A DNA stretch of 64,000 nucleotides from a virus (IMGVR_UViG_3300033463_000080:1-64000), one strand, 5' to 3'; shown: positions 1 through 9,640, numbered from the stretch's first letter. The notes: generated by a model not told the origin, from the letters alone. A program made the numbers and translations.

Positions 1-90
1 AAAAAAGAACCGCTGACGGGCAAGTGTCAGACGGTTCCGAAGGTAATGTAGCTTATAAGGATTGTAAATCAATCGGAAGGAGAAGTCAAT

Positions 91-912
91 ATGGATTATA
101 AGGTGGAACATATTACACCTGAAACTGCAGCAAAGTATCTGAAAGCGAACACCAAAAATCCGCGCGGAAGCAAACTGAATATGGTGCGTGTGCGGCAGTA
201 TGCGCACGATATGGCAAGCGGCCTGTGGGAACTGAACGGAGAGGCGATTGTATTTGACGAGAACGGCGTGTTAAAAAACGGCGCGCATCGGCTGGCAGCG
301 ATCATCCGGGCGAACGTTGCGGTGGACATGGTGGTCATTCGCGGCGTGGACGAGAATGTGACAGCCTACGACATGACTTACGTGCGGACGGTTTCACATC
401 TGGCTAACGCGGAAGACATCAACGTGCAGAAAGAGATGCTTTGCGCCGTGAAAATCCTTTACAACCTGTTGCCGGATCATATGGCAACGCACATGGAGAT
501 TAAGGAATACGCAAAGAAGAACGAGGATGAACTGAACCGGGCATACCGGAGCCTGCTGAACGGCGAATACTCCAAGCACAACAAGCGCGCAACATGCGCC
601 CTGGCGGCATACATGATGCTCCAGACGAAGACGATGCCGTTCTACGAGGTGGAACTGTTCTTCCGGATCTTTTCCAGCGGGGACGCAAAAGGCACGGACG
701 GATACGAACCGTCACCGGCGCTGATTGCAAAAAAGATTTTTCAGGACAGATGGGCAGGGAAGAGCAACAGCCGGACACAGCGGGAGCAGCTGGATGTCCT
801 GACACAGGCGATGCTTGACTTCCACGAAGGCAAAGAGCGGAAGACGAATTACAAAATCGCCCAGCCGTTCGCATATGAACCGTACGTTAAGAAGATGGGA
901 GGTGCCTGCTGA
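91..912 (+). CDS. ParB N-terminal-like domain protein
   Basis: ITPETAAKYL...WELNGEAIVFDENGVLKNGAHRLAAII resembles the phage ParB/Srx-like N-terminal motif; RBS GGAG upstream. Confidence 0.65.
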   Translation: MDYKVEHITPETAAKYLKANTKNPRGSKLNMVRVRQYAHDMASGLWELNGEAIVFDENGVLKNGAHRLAAIIRANVAVDMVVIRGVDENVTAYDMTYVRTVSHLANAEDINVQKEMLCAVKILYNLLPDHMATHMEIKEYAKKNEDELNRAYRSLLNGEYSKHNKRATCALAAYMMLQTKTMPFYEVELFFRIFSSGDAKGTDGYEPSPALIAKKIFQDRWAGKSNSRTQREQLDVLTQAMLDFHEGKERKTNYKIAQPFAYEPYVKKMGGAC

Positions 913-1685
913 TGGCAATCAAGAAAAACCGCGAAGCACAGGTTGAAGACCGGAACAAGAAAATCAAGGACATGGACTGGGAAGAAGTAAAACGGTACCT
1001 GTGCATGAAGCACTACCAGAATCCGGAGAAATGCCCGGGATGCCTGAGCCTGGACACATGCAATGCCGGACAGCGGGTAATGGAACTGATGGCGGAACGT
1101 GAAAAGCGGAAGGCTGAAGAAACGAAAGCCGAAAAGACAAGGAAGATCGGAAACACCCAGAAGGGATGGAGCAAGGCGAGGAGCGAGGAATATATCCGGC
1201 AGGTGATTGCGGCAGATGACCCACGCGAATTTCTGATGCGCGAGGAAGGACTGACAACGCAGCAGGCGCGGAAGAAACTGGAAAACTGGCGCAGAAACCA
1301 TCCGGATCTGTTCGTTGGCGTGACATGGCCCGTGGCGCATGTCGGGACAAACCATCATATGAAGAAAAAGGAGCAGGAGCAGATGAAGGAACCGGAAATT
1401 ACGGTGAATGTCGAACCGGACACGGAAGAAGCGGAGATCAGCGTGGAAGATTTCCTGAAGGACTTCGCTCCGGTTCCGTCGGCAGAAACGGTTATACACG
1501 CAGTGGAAGAACCGGCGCAGACGGACTTCGAAATCCAGCTGAAAGCGAAGTTCGACGAACTGGAAGCAGAACGGGAACGGCTGGACGATGAGATCGAACG
1601 GCTGCGTGAACGGTGTGCGTGGATTGGAAAAGCACAGGATGCCCTGGCGATGACGATAAGCTTGTTTGAAACGAAAGGAGAATGA
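912..1685 (+). CDS. hypothetical protein, N-terminal Cys cluster, coiled-coil C-terminus
   Basis: 257-aa ORF coupled to both neighbours. Confidence 0.7.
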   Translation: MAIKKNREAQVEDRNKKIKDMDWEEVKRYLCMKHYQNPEKCPGCLSLDTCNAGQRVMELMAEREKRKAEETKAEKTRKIGNTQKGWSKARSEEYIRQVIAADDPREFLMREEGLTTQQARKKLENWRRNHPDLFVGVTWPVAHVGTNHHMKKKEQEQMKEPEITVNVEPDTEEAEISVEDFLKDFAPVPSAETVIHAVEEPAQTDFEIQLKAKFDELEAERERLDDEIERLRERCAWIGKAQDALAMTISLFETKGE

Positions 1686-2233
1686 CGATGAAGAAGCCGT
1701 TCCGCGAAACCGAAGGATGGAAATGGATCCGCACACTGCTTGAGATGGCCGCGTTTGTACTTGTGTTTCTGCTTCTGCTCTGGCTGTTCGGATGGTTTGC
1801 GTCCGAGGTTCACGCAGAAAAGGAACCGCAAACCATGTGGGTGATCTGCCAGCCGGATGACGTGGTACTGGTCCGGACGGGGCCGAGCATTCGCAGCGGA
1901 TCCATCAGCGAACTGAAACCAGGCACGATGGTGCATACGGACGGGAAGCAGCGGAACGGCTTTCTCCACATCGTTGAGATGAACAGCGAAAGCGGAGAAG
2001 GATGGGTGAAGCACAAATACCTCGTGGATGAGGAACCGGAGCGCGTGGACTGCAAGGCGACGGTGGTCAGCAAAGGCAGGCTGGCGGCAAGACGATCCAT
2101 ACGCGGTGCCAGGGTGCGATGGCTGAAACCCGGCCAGACCGTTACGGTTTCATGGATAACCAGCGAGTGGTGCGTGACAGACAAAGGATATGTGATGAGA
2201 CAGTACTTGAAATTGGACGGTGAGAATGATTGA
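1682..2233 (+). CDS. membrane-anchored SH3-like domain protein
   Basis: Hydrophobic N-terminal segment (AAFVLVFLLLLWLFGWF), then two SH3b-like units (VLVRTGPS...GWV; LAARRS...EWCVTDKGYV). Confidence 0.55.
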   Translation: MTMKKPFRETEGWKWIRTLLEMAAFVLVFLLLLWLFGWFASEVHAEKEPQTMWVICQPDDVVLVRTGPSIRSGSISELKPGTMVHTDGKQRNGFLHIVEMNSESGEGWVKHKYLVDEEPERVDCKATVVSKGRLAARRSIRGARVRWLKPGQTVTVSWITSEWCVTDKGYVMRQYLKLDGEND

Positions 2234-2490
2234 AACAGTTTGAAACCCATTGCCGGAGATGCGGACAAATGATCGTGATGACATGGTGCGGAAGGGAAGG
2301 ACGGTGGGTGCCGTGTGATCCGGAACTGCGGATGTACCGGAGAAGCGGCGGACCGTTTACGTTCGTGGATACGGAAGGAAACCTCTGCCGGGGAGAGCGG
2401 GTAAGCGCCAGGTTCTTTGATCCGACCGCAGAGCCGGGATACCAGAAACACAGAATCGACTGCGCGTCAGCAGGGAGGAATGCGGTATGA
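2230..2490 (+). CDS. hypothetical protein, CxxC
   Basis: 86-aa ORF overlapping both neighbours. Confidence 0.6.
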   Translation: MKQFETHCRRCGQMIVMTWCGREGRWVPCDPELRMYRRSGGPFTFVDTEGNLCRGERVSARFFDPTAEPGYQKHRIDCASAGRNAV

Positions 2491-2972
2491 GATTTGAGAA
2501 TCCGAGCAGACCGGACGCGCGGGAACTGACCAGAAACGAAAAGACTACGCTGACATTCCTGACGAACGCACTGAGCGCGCTGGCTGAGACAAAAGACGGA
2601 CTTGCCGACAGGATAAAGATGCTCGACAAAGGGCCTGATACCATTGAACGGATCGTGAAGGAAGCACTGGATTTGCTGAACGAGATCCGGACGACCATTC
2701 CGGAAAAGCAGCGGATCAACCTGGTGAACACGGCGAAGGATTTTGAGATCAGGCTGGTGCCGAAGTTCACGCCGACGAACCACAATGTACTGGTCCCAAA
2801 GGAAGAGTTCCGGACGCTGGTCAACTCCGCCCAGGCGCGGTGCAAGGAGTGCGCGGAGGACAACGAAAGCTGCAAAGCGTGCGATCTGTACCAGTTGCTG
2901 ACGGTGGTGCTGCCGATGGACGACTACAAGTGGCACAATCTGTGTCCGTATGTTGCGGAGTGGGCCAACTGA
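2487..2972 (+). CDS. hypothetical protein with C-terminal Cys cluster
   Basis: 161-aa coupled ORF. Confidence 0.65.
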   Translation: MRFENPSRPDARELTRNEKTTLTFLTNALSALAETKDGLADRIKMLDKGPDTIERIVKEALDLLNEIRTTIPEKQRINLVNTAKDFEIRLVPKFTPTNHNVLVPKEEFRTLVNSAQARCKECAEDNESCKACDLYQLLTVVLPMDDYKWHNLCPYVAEWAN

Positions 2973-3223
2973 TGAAATACGATTATTTGCGGGGAAACAA
3001 CAGCGGATGCCCATGCAAGGAATGCGGAAAGCGTGAGATCGGATGCCACGGGCAGTGCGGCGAATACAGGGAATGGCGCGCACAGCATGACGAGCGACGG
3101 GAAGCGCGGTTCAAGGAGCGGAAACAAAAGGATACGGTCAGCGAAGCGGCCGTGAGATGGATGTGGCGGAATGCGAGGTGGAACAGACAACAGCCAGTTC
3201 GCCGCTTGGATCACGAGCGGTAA
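2972..3223 (+). CDS. hypothetical Cys-rich protein (CPCKECGKREIGCHGQC)
   Basis: ATG at 2972 overlaps the upstream TGA. Confidence 0.6.
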   Translation: MKYDYLRGNNSGCPCKECGKREIGCHGQCGEYREWRAQHDERREARFKERKQKDTVSEAAVRWMWRNARWNRQQPVRRLDHER

Positions 3224-3264
3224 TCATACCAAGGCGAAGGATTTAATCCTGAGCATGTGAACCT

Positions 3265-3392
3265 CCTCCATGTGTTCCTCTCGGAAACAGCCTGGTTTTC
3301 TTCTCTTCTTCATCAGGTGGAACACAGCAAGGGGGACTATGCCGACGGTCGGGGACAGCCGGGACCGGAAGCGGTTCAAAATCCCCTTGATA
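3265..3392 (+). ncRNA. candidate structured intergenic RNA
   Basis: TGTGTTCC/GGAACACA stem, then a CAAGGGG/CCCCTTG stem enclosing two hairpins, in a 200-nt ORF-free gap. Confidence 0.3.
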
Positions 3393-3424
3393 ACTACGAA
3401 ACGCAATAGACTGGAGGTATATAC

Positions 3425-3649
3425 GTGGTACTGAAACTGGTTAACGGATTTGTGATCGCGGAAGGCGAGTTCGGTGAACTGGCGGCATATACCGGACTTC
3501 TGTTCGATATTATGCGGCAGGTTACAGAAAACAGGGACAAGGACAAGGCCAAGAAAGAAGCGGATATGTTTAGCGAACTGATGAACATGACGTTTGAAGA
3601 ACTGATGAAGCGTGAAAACAACAATAATGAGGAGGAAGACCATGACTGA
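3425..3649 (+). CDS. hypothetical protein
   Basis: GGAGGT RBS upstream of GTG; stop overlaps next gene. Confidence 0.55.
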   Translation: MVLKLVNGFVIAEGEFGELAAYTGLLFDIMRQVTENRDKDKAKKEADMFSELMNMTFEELMKRENNNNEEEDHD

Positions 3650-4451
3650 GAAGACCTATAACCAGCGGAAGGGAATCCGCAGAAGCGACCTGTGGAAACT
3701 TAAGAGGAGTCCGGCACACTACAAGTATTCGACCGAGCATCCGGCAGAGCCGAGCGCGGCGATGACATTCGGTAGTGCGGTTCACTGCGCGGCGCTGACC
3801 CCAAAGATGTTCACGAAAGAGTATGTCGTTGCGGACTTCGACGCGCGGACGAAGGAAGGCAAGGCGCTGAAGCAGCAGTACCTGGACGAAGGAAAGGTCA
3901 TGCTGACCAGGGACCAGGGAGAGCAGATTGACGGCATGGTAGCCGCGATCAGGGCGAACCCGTTTGCACGGCGGCTGCTGACCGGGAAGCACGAGACGGC
4001 GCACTTCTGGTTCGATCCGGAAACCGGAGAGAAGTGCAAGTGCAAGACGGACTGCGAAACGGACATCAACGGCGTCCACTACATCGTGGACCTGAAGACC
4101 TGCCAGAACGCGGAGACGGATGCGTTCATGAAGGATGCGATATCCTATGGTTATTTCATGCAGGCGGCGATGTACAGCCAGGGCGTGAAGTGCCACACGG
4201 GGAAGAACAGTGTGTTCGTTTTTGTGGCGGTCGAGAAGGACCCGCCGTATGCGGTGAACGTGATCCAGTGCGGAGAAGACGAGATCCGGCTGGGGATGAA
4301 CGGGGACAAGTACGGAAGAGTGCCGGGGTTCCGGACGCTGATACAGCTTTTCCATAAGTGTAGAACAGAAAAAAAGTGGCCCGGTTACGAAGGATTTGAC
4401 AACACGATTGCGGAGATCAATCTGCCGAAATGGCTGAAAGACGAAGAGTAA
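3642..4451 (+). CDS. PD-(D/E)XK exonuclease, RecE/ExoVIII-like (DUF3799)
   Basis: RSDLWKLKRSPAHY, FGSAVH, CKCKTD...IVDLKT, YFMQAAMY motifs. Confidence 0.85.
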   Translation: MTEKTYNQRKGIRRSDLWKLKRSPAHYKYSTEHPAEPSAAMTFGSAVHCAALTPKMFTKEYVVADFDARTKEGKALKQQYLDEGKVMLTRDQGEQIDGMVAAIRANPFARRLLTGKHETAHFWFDPETGEKCKCKTDCETDINGVHYIVDLKTCQNAETDAFMKDAISYGYFMQAAMYSQGVKCHTGKNSVFVFVAVEKDPPYAVNVIQCGEDEIRLGMNGDKYGRVPGFRTLIQLFHKCRTEKKWPGYEGFDNTIAEINLPKWLKDEE

Positions 4452-4465
4452 AGGAGAACGGTACC

Positions 4466-5386
4466 ATGAGCGAGACGGGAATCATCAATCAGGAGCAGAA
4501 CACGGGGATCCAGATGCCGACACAGTACGCAATGAACGTATGGCAGAACAAGGAAGCGTTTGAGCAGACGGCGCGGGTGGCGAACATGCTGTCCAAATCC
4601 ACGATTGTTCCGGAGCAGTATCGGGGCAAGCCTGAAGACTGCTTCATCGCCGTCGAGATGGCGGCGCGGATGAACACTTCGCCGATCTTTATTATGCAGA
4701 ACCTCTACGTTGTGAAGGGCAAACCGACCTGGGCGGGACAGGCGTGCATGGCGATGATCACCAGCTGCGGAAAGTTCCGGAACGTGAGACATGTCTACAC
4801 TGGAACGCGCGGCACGGAGAACCGTGGATGCTATGTGACGGCGGAGCGCATTGCGGACGGCGAGGTGCTGCATGGGACGGAAGTCACGATTGAAATGGCG
4901 AAGGGCGAAGGCTGGTTGAACAACAGCAAGTGGAAGAACATGCCGGAACAGATGCTCGGATACAGGGCGGCATCGTTCTTCGCCAGGATGTTCTGCCCGG
5001 AAGCACTGATGGGACTCCAGACAACGGAAGAGATTTACGACGCCGATCCGGTAATGCCCGTTGCGGAAGCGCCGAGCGCAGCGAACCTGAGCAACGCGAT
5101 CCTTGAGGAAGAAACGCCGTCTGAACCGGAAAAGAAACAGACACGCAAGAAGAGCAAGACGGAAGAACCGGCTTCCGCACCGAAGTGCGTATGCGAAGTG
5201 TGCGGAAAAGAAATCATCGGTGTGAGCGGATACACGGCGGAGCAGATTGTGGCGGCCGGAAAACAGAAGTACGGCAAAGCGCTGTGCGTGGACTGCGGAC
5301 AGAAAGCGAAAGCGGAAGCTGAACGGAAGGCCGCCGAGGAACAGGACGATCTCGCCGCGCAGCTGATGGCGGCAGCAGAAGAATAA
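4466..5386 (+). CDS. RecT/Redbeta-like single-strand annealing protein
   Basis: IVPEQYRGKPEDCFIA, MQNLYVVKGKP, WKNMPEQMLGYRAASFFARMFCPEALMG; lies between exonuclease and SSB. Confidence 0.8.
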   Translation: MSETGIINQEQNTGIQMPTQYAMNVWQNKEAFEQTARVANMLSKSTIVPEQYRGKPEDCFIAVEMAARMNTSPIFIMQNLYVVKGKPTWAGQACMAMITSCGKFRNVRHVYTGTRGTENRGCYVTAERIADGEVLHGTEVTIEMAKGEGWLNNSKWKNMPEQMLGYRAASFFARMFCPEALMGLQTTEEIYDADPVMPVAEAPSAANLSNAILEEETPSEPEKKQTRKKSKTEEPASAPKCVCEVCGKEIIGVSGYTAEQIVAAGKQKYGKALCVDCGQKAKAEAERKAAEEQDDLAAQLMAAAEE

Positions 5387-5399
5387 GGAGGAATGACGG

Positions 5400-5810
5400 A
5401 TGAACAAACTGTGCATTATCGGTAATTTGTGTGCGGATCCTGTTAGTCGCAATACTCCGGATGGAAAGCCTGTGTGCAACTTTAATGTAGCGGTCAACAG
5501 AAGGAAGCGGGATGCAAACGGAAACAACGTCGCCGATTTCTTCCGGATCAGCGCGTGGGGCGCGCTTGGCGAGAACTGCCAGAAGTACCTGGCGAAGGGA
5601 CGGAAGGTGGCGGTTGCCGGTCAGGTGAGCGTGCATCCGTTTCTGGGGCAGGACGGCACGGCAAAGGCAACGATTGAAGTGTTCGCTGAGGAAGTCGAGT
5701 TCTTAAGTCCGGTTGGGACCGGAACACAGACGCAGGAACAGGCCCCGGCGGCGGCACCGGAGATTCCGGTGAATATGACGCCGGTGGAGACGGACGAATT
5801 GCCATTCTGA
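5400..5810 (+). CDS. ssb: single-stranded DNA-binding protein
   Basis: MNKLCIIGNLCADP, KYLAKGRKVAVAG, acidic C-terminus DELPF. Confidence 0.95.
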   Translation: MNKLCIIGNLCADPVSRNTPDGKPVCNFNVAVNRRKRDANGNNVADFFRISAWGALGENCQKYLAKGRKVAVAGQVSVHPFLGQDGTAKATIEVFAEEVEFLSPVGTGTQTQEQAPAAAPEIPVNMTPVETDELPF

Positions 5811-5888
5811 TAACGCGATTTCCTCGGATTAATGCGGTACAGAGATGCCCGATCCGGGGACAAATGACGATTTAAGTGAGGTTGGAAC

Positions 5889-6185
5889 ATGAACGAAGAG
5901 TTGAAAAAAGAGTTAAATAAGTACCACCGTTTTCCAAAGAAAACAGCGAAACTAAAGGACGTTCTCGCTTTAATTCGGAGTGGTGCGTATAGCAACTATG
6001 ACGAAGGTGGGGACGATCTGATTATTTGCCCGGAATGCGAAGAATGGACACACGTTAAATTCAATTCGCACAGTTGCTTGCTTGATTTGCTTGGAGATTT
6101 AACAGTTGAAAGCATTTCTGTTGAAGATGGCGCTCTTGAAATATGGATTAAGACCGATGAATTTAACTGGTTCAACGTAACTTAA
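5889..6185 (+). CDS. hypothetical cassette protein
   Basis: AT-rich 98-aa ORF ending ACT TAA inside the repeat. Confidence 0.65.
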   Translation: MNEELKKELNKYHRFPKKTAKLKDVLALIRSGAYSNYDEGGDDLIICPECEEWTHVKFNSHSCLLDLLGDLTVESISVEDGALEIWIKTDEFNWFNVT

Positions 6186-6201
6186 AGGCGGTAAGAAAAA
6201 A

Positions 6202-6399
6202 ATGGGACTGAACAAATACGGCAAAGACAAGTGGGAAGATATATCTGGTTGGACACCCGCAATGATTCACGCAAAGATACGTGAAATAGAGAACGCAAAA
6301 GAGCAAGCACGCAAGGAATATATAGATTACTGTGCTTTTCTTAATGAGCAATATGAGATTCTTCAGAACGAGATTTCAAACAGGAAGTATGTGACTTAA
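6202..6399 (+). CDS. hypothetical cassette protein
   Basis: 65-aa ORF ending ACT TAA inside the repeat. Confidence 0.6.
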   Translation: MGLNKYGKDKWEDISGWTPAMIHAKIREIENAKEQARKEYIDYCAFLNEQYEILQNEISNRKYVT

Positions 6400-6435
6400 A
6401 GGTAATTTTGACGCAATAAGTTAGATGGTGAAGAT

Positions 6436-6741
6436 ATGGAACGTATTACGATTGATAAATTATCTGAACTTTGTGGATATAGTGTCCACATCAACATTAA
6501 ACGTGCTGACAACGGCAAGGTTGTTATTAATGGGGTTAATGCTTTGAAGTACAGTAAAGACAAACGGCAGATAATGAAATGGGATGCTTTCAAAGGAAAA
6601 GAAGTCTACGGTATCAGACCATCTGTGCAGATAGAAGGGTTGAAGCGCGATGAACCTTATTTCCTTATGAGTATCGAAGCATGGATTAGCAAATATGATT
6701 GCGAGGATGCGGTTGCTGAATACAAAGCAAATGTGATTTAA
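6436..6741 (+). CDS. hypothetical cassette protein
   Basis: 101-aa ORF ending ATT TAA inside the repeat. Confidence 0.65.
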   Translation: MERITIDKLSELCGYSVHINIKRADNGKVVINGVNALKYSKDKRQIMKWDAFKGKEVYGIRPSVQIEGLKRDEPYFLMSIEAWISKYDCEDAVAEYKANVI

Positions 6742-6776
6742 AGACAATTTTGATGCAATAAGTGAGGTGAAAGCGA

Positions 6777-7100
6777 ATGCTTCATCCTGAACGAAGAAGA
6801 GAAAACATAAAGAAAATAGATGCGATGCATCACTTCTATGGATATGACCATCTTGATCGAAAATGTTCTGAGTGTGACCATCTGATTCACGGAGAATATC
6901 ACGGCAGAATGTATTACAAATGCACGGTATACGGATGTTCGCATAGCGAAGCAACAGATTGGAGAAAAAGTTATGACGCTTGCGGTTTAGTAGATCATGA
7001 CTTCCCGGAGAATGATAACAGAATCATGGATATACTTAAAACAGAACGAATTCAGAAGATAGAACAAATACCGGGACAGACAAGTATTTTTGATACTTAA
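6777..7100 (+). CDS. hypothetical Cys-rich cassette protein
   Basis: 107-aa ORF (KCSECDHL, YKCTVYG, WRKSYDACG) ending ACT TAA. Confidence 0.65.
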   Translation: MLHPERRRENIKKIDAMHHFYGYDHLDRKCSECDHLIHGEYHGRMYYKCTVYGCSHSEATDWRKSYDACGLVDHDFPENDNRIMDILKTERIQKIEQIPGQTSIFDT

Positions 7101-7127
7101 AGGCAATAATCAAGGAGGAACATTGAT

Positions 7128-7427
7128 ATGCTAAAAAACATGGTGATTGTGAAACACCTGCAGGACAACGGGAAGTTCCTGTTTTACGTGCCGAAGGGCA
7201 TTGAACTGACAGCCGGGGAGAAGGTTGTCTGCGATACGAGCCGGGGCAATGATCAGCTGGGCGTATGCTGCTGCGACAGTTTCAGCGCGGAGCCGGAGGT
7301 CGTATGTCCGCTGTTCGGAACGAAGCCGAACGTCATGAAGTACATCACCGGCCGGGTGGAGTACGAGAAATTTGAGGAAGCGCTGAACGAGGAAGAATAC
7401 GAAGAAACCCTGGGGGATGAAGAATGA
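7128..7427 (+). CDS. hypothetical protein
   Basis: GGAGG RBS, 99 aa. Confidence 0.65.
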   Translation: MLKNMVIVKHLQDNGKFLFYVPKGIELTAGEKVVCDTSRGNDQLGVCCCDSFSAEPEVVCPLFGTKPNVMKYITGRVEYEKFEEALNEEEYEETLGDEE

Positions 7428-7816
7428 ATATCGGAACATTGCAGCAGGTTGCGGAAGACATGAAAAAAGGCGTGATGGACTTCACGAAGGACGGGGAATG
7501 CTCCCAATGCGGACAATGCTGTTCCAACCTGCTGCCGCTGACGGTCGGCGAGTGCAAACGGATCCGTGAGTATGTGCGGAGAAAGCACATCAGGGAATGC
7601 GTGAATATTCCGCCGACCGTAGTTCCGGTGAAGGATTTTACCTGCCCGTTCAGGGACAACGCAAAGAAAATCTGCACGATCTATGAGATCCGTCCAGCGA
7701 TATGCCAAGAGTTCCGGTGCGACAAACCGAAGAAGGAAATCGAAGCATCCAGGGCAATGTGCAAAAGGCAACACATAATTGTGGACATGAGGGAAACGTT
7801 TTTCCCGAAGGAGTGA
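7424..7816 (+). CDS. YkgJ-family Cys-cluster (Zn/Fe-chelating) protein
   Basis: CSQCGQCC...CPF...CTIYEIRPAICQEF pattern. Confidence 0.85.
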   Translation: MNIGTLQQVAEDMKKGVMDFTKDGECSQCGQCCSNLLPLTVGECKRIREYVRRKHIRECVNIPPTVVPVKDFTCPFRDNAKKICTIYEIRPAICQEFRCDKPKKEIEASRAMCKRQHIIVDMRETFFPKE

Positions 7817-8265
7817 TGCGAGTGAAGACAGACAACAGATCCGTTGGCGGACGGTTTGAACAGGAACTGAGCCATCTGCTGGCAGAGCATGGGTTTTGGT
7901 GCCATGTGATGCAGCAGAACAAGGCAGGGCAGCCGGCGGATATTATCGCCGTGAAGGGGATGTATCACACGCTGATCGACTGCAAGGTGGTCAGCGATGA
8001 CAAGGGGTTTGAGTTCGCCAGGGTGGAGGAGAACCAACGGTATGCCATGCGGATGTTCCAGCGGAAGGCGCATGAGTTGTGCTGGTTCGCAATACGGCTG
8101 CCGGACGGGAGCGTCTGGATGGTTCCCATGGAGCGGATTGAGATCATGAAGAACAGGGGAAAACGGAGACTTACGGACAACGATATCCGAACGCAGACAA
8201 CGCCGATAGCGAAATGGTTACTGCACGGAGAAAAGAAGGTGAAGCATGAACACGACGATAGCTAA
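7816..8265 (+). CDS. Holliday junction resolvase-like PD-(D/E)XK nuclease
   Basis: GGRFEQEL, PADIIAVKG, LIDCK, ENQ motifs. Confidence 0.7.
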   Translation: MRVKTDNRSVGGRFEQELSHLLAEHGFWCHVMQQNKAGQPADIIAVKGMYHTLIDCKVVSDDKGFEFARVEENQRYAMRMFQRKAHELCWFAIRLPDGSVWMVPMERIEIMKNRGKRRLTDNDIRTQTTPIAKWLLHGEKKVKHEHDDS

Positions 8266-9640
8266 CAGGATCTACATTGAGGATCCATCGCCAGAGGTGA
8301 AGCAGTGGGCGAAGGATACGCTATGCTTCCCGAATCCTGAGTACGAGAAAAAGCAGCGCATGGGGTTCTGGCTGGGTCGGACGCCCAGGGAACTCAGGCT
8401 GTATGAATGGAACGGGAACACGCTGGTGCTGCCGTTCGGCGTAATACGCGAACTGATGCCGTTGCTCAGGGGAACCAGGGTTGACACGGACTTCCGGCAG
8501 GACAGCATCATTGATTACGGCAGCAAGGGCATGGATCTGTATGATTATCAGAAGACAGCCGTGATGAAGATGATCGACGCAAAGTATGGGATTCTGAAGG
8601 CCGGATGCGGAGCCGGGAAGACGAACTGCGGGATAGGGATCATCAAGGTACTGAGACGGCGTGCGTTGTGGCTGTGCAACAAACATGACCTGATCAAACA
8701 GAGCATGGAACGCGCCGCACAGTTTATTGATTCAAGCATGTTCGGCACCATTACGGAAGGCAAGGTGGATGTTGGGATAGGAATCACATTTGCAACCGTG
8801 CAAACGCTTTGCAAGATTGATCTGACGCAGATGCGTGATTACTGGGATGTCATCATCATCGACGAATGTCACAACGTATGCGTTTCCGCAAGCACGTTCA
8901 CGATGTACGAGAAGGTGCTGAATCATTTGGCGGCACGGCACAAGATTGGCCTAACCGCAACAGATCACAGAGCAGACGGGTTAATCAAAGCAACGTTCGC
9001 ACTGATCGGAAGCGTGATGTATGAGATCCCAAAGGAAGCGACCGCCAGCCGGACAACAGGAGTAAAGATCAAAACACTGACAACAGGAACTGACATCACG
9101 GATGATTGCCTGAATGATGACGGAACAATCAGTTATATCGGATTGATCGAACATCTGACAACGGACAAAGACCGGAACAAACTGATCGCCAGGAGGATCA
9201 TGGAAGAAAAAGGACACAGTTGCCTGATACTTTCTGATCGTTTGGCACAGCTGGAAACGATCCGAAACATGCTCCCATACGAGATGCAGGAACAATCCGT
9301 GTATATCAACGGACAGATGACGAGCAAGACAGCAAAGGCTGAACGCGAACAAGGCATCGAACAGATGCGGACCAGCGAGAAAAAGTATCTGTTCGGTTCC
9401 TACAAGATAGCGCGTGAAGGGTTGGATATTCCGTGCCTGGATCGGCTGTTTATGGCGAGTCCTGTGAAGGATGCGGCAGTTGTAGAGCAGAGCGTTGGTA
9501 GAATCCGGCGGACAAGCGAAGGAAAGACAGAGATCCCAATTGTGTATGACTTCAAGGATGAAAATATCGGGATGTGTATCGGATGGTACAAAAAGAGATG
9601 TGCGATATACCGGAAGATTGGGGCAGAGATTGAGAGGTAA
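8246..9640 (+). CDS. superfamily 2 (DEAD/DEAH-box) helicase
   Basis: LYDYQ, AGCGAGKT, IIDECH, GLTAT, EGLDIPCLD, QSVGRIRR. Confidence 0.95.
   Translation: MNTTIANRIYIEDPSPEVKQWAKDTLCFPNPEYEKKQRMGFWLGRTPRELRLYEWNGNTLVLPFGVIRELMPLLRGTRVDTDFRQDSIIDYGSKGMDLYDYQKTAVMKMIDAKYGILKAGCGAGKTNCGIGIIKVLRRRALWLCNKHDLIKQSMERAAQFIDSSMFGTITEGKVDVGIGITFATVQTLCKIDLTQMRDYWDVIIIDECHNVCVSASTFTMYEKVLNHLAARHKIGLTATDHRADGLIKATFALIGSVMYEIPKEATASRTTGVKIKTLTTGTDITDDCLNDDGTISYIGLIEHLTTDKDRNKLIARRIMEEKGHSCLILSDRLAQLETIRNMLPYEMQEQSVYINGQMTSKTAKAEREQGIEQMRTSEKKYLFGSYKIAREGLDIPCLDRLFMASPVKDAAVVEQSVGRIRRTSEGKTEIPIVYDFKDENIGMCIGWYKKRCAIYRKIGAEIER

Larger units (their letters stand above)
5861..7109 (+). repeat. gene-junction repeat family A, cluster 1 (ACTTAAAGG...TGACGCAATAAGT)
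   Basis: Full or half copies at about 5861, 6180, 6394, 6736, 7095, each at a gene boundary. Confidence 0.8.

Noticed and set aside
91-912. ParB-like gene as evidence for a plasmid prophage
   Set aside because: No parA or canonical parS seen; ParB-N domains are common in phages. The lack of an integrase may only reflect the window limits.
3333-3342. GGGACTATGC identical to 33370-33379
   Set aside because: A single 10-mer match in opposite transcriptional orientation; may be coincidence.
3328-3392. tRNA gene
   Set aside because: Too short, with no proper D-arm, anticodon arm or CCA; kept only as a structured RNA candidate.
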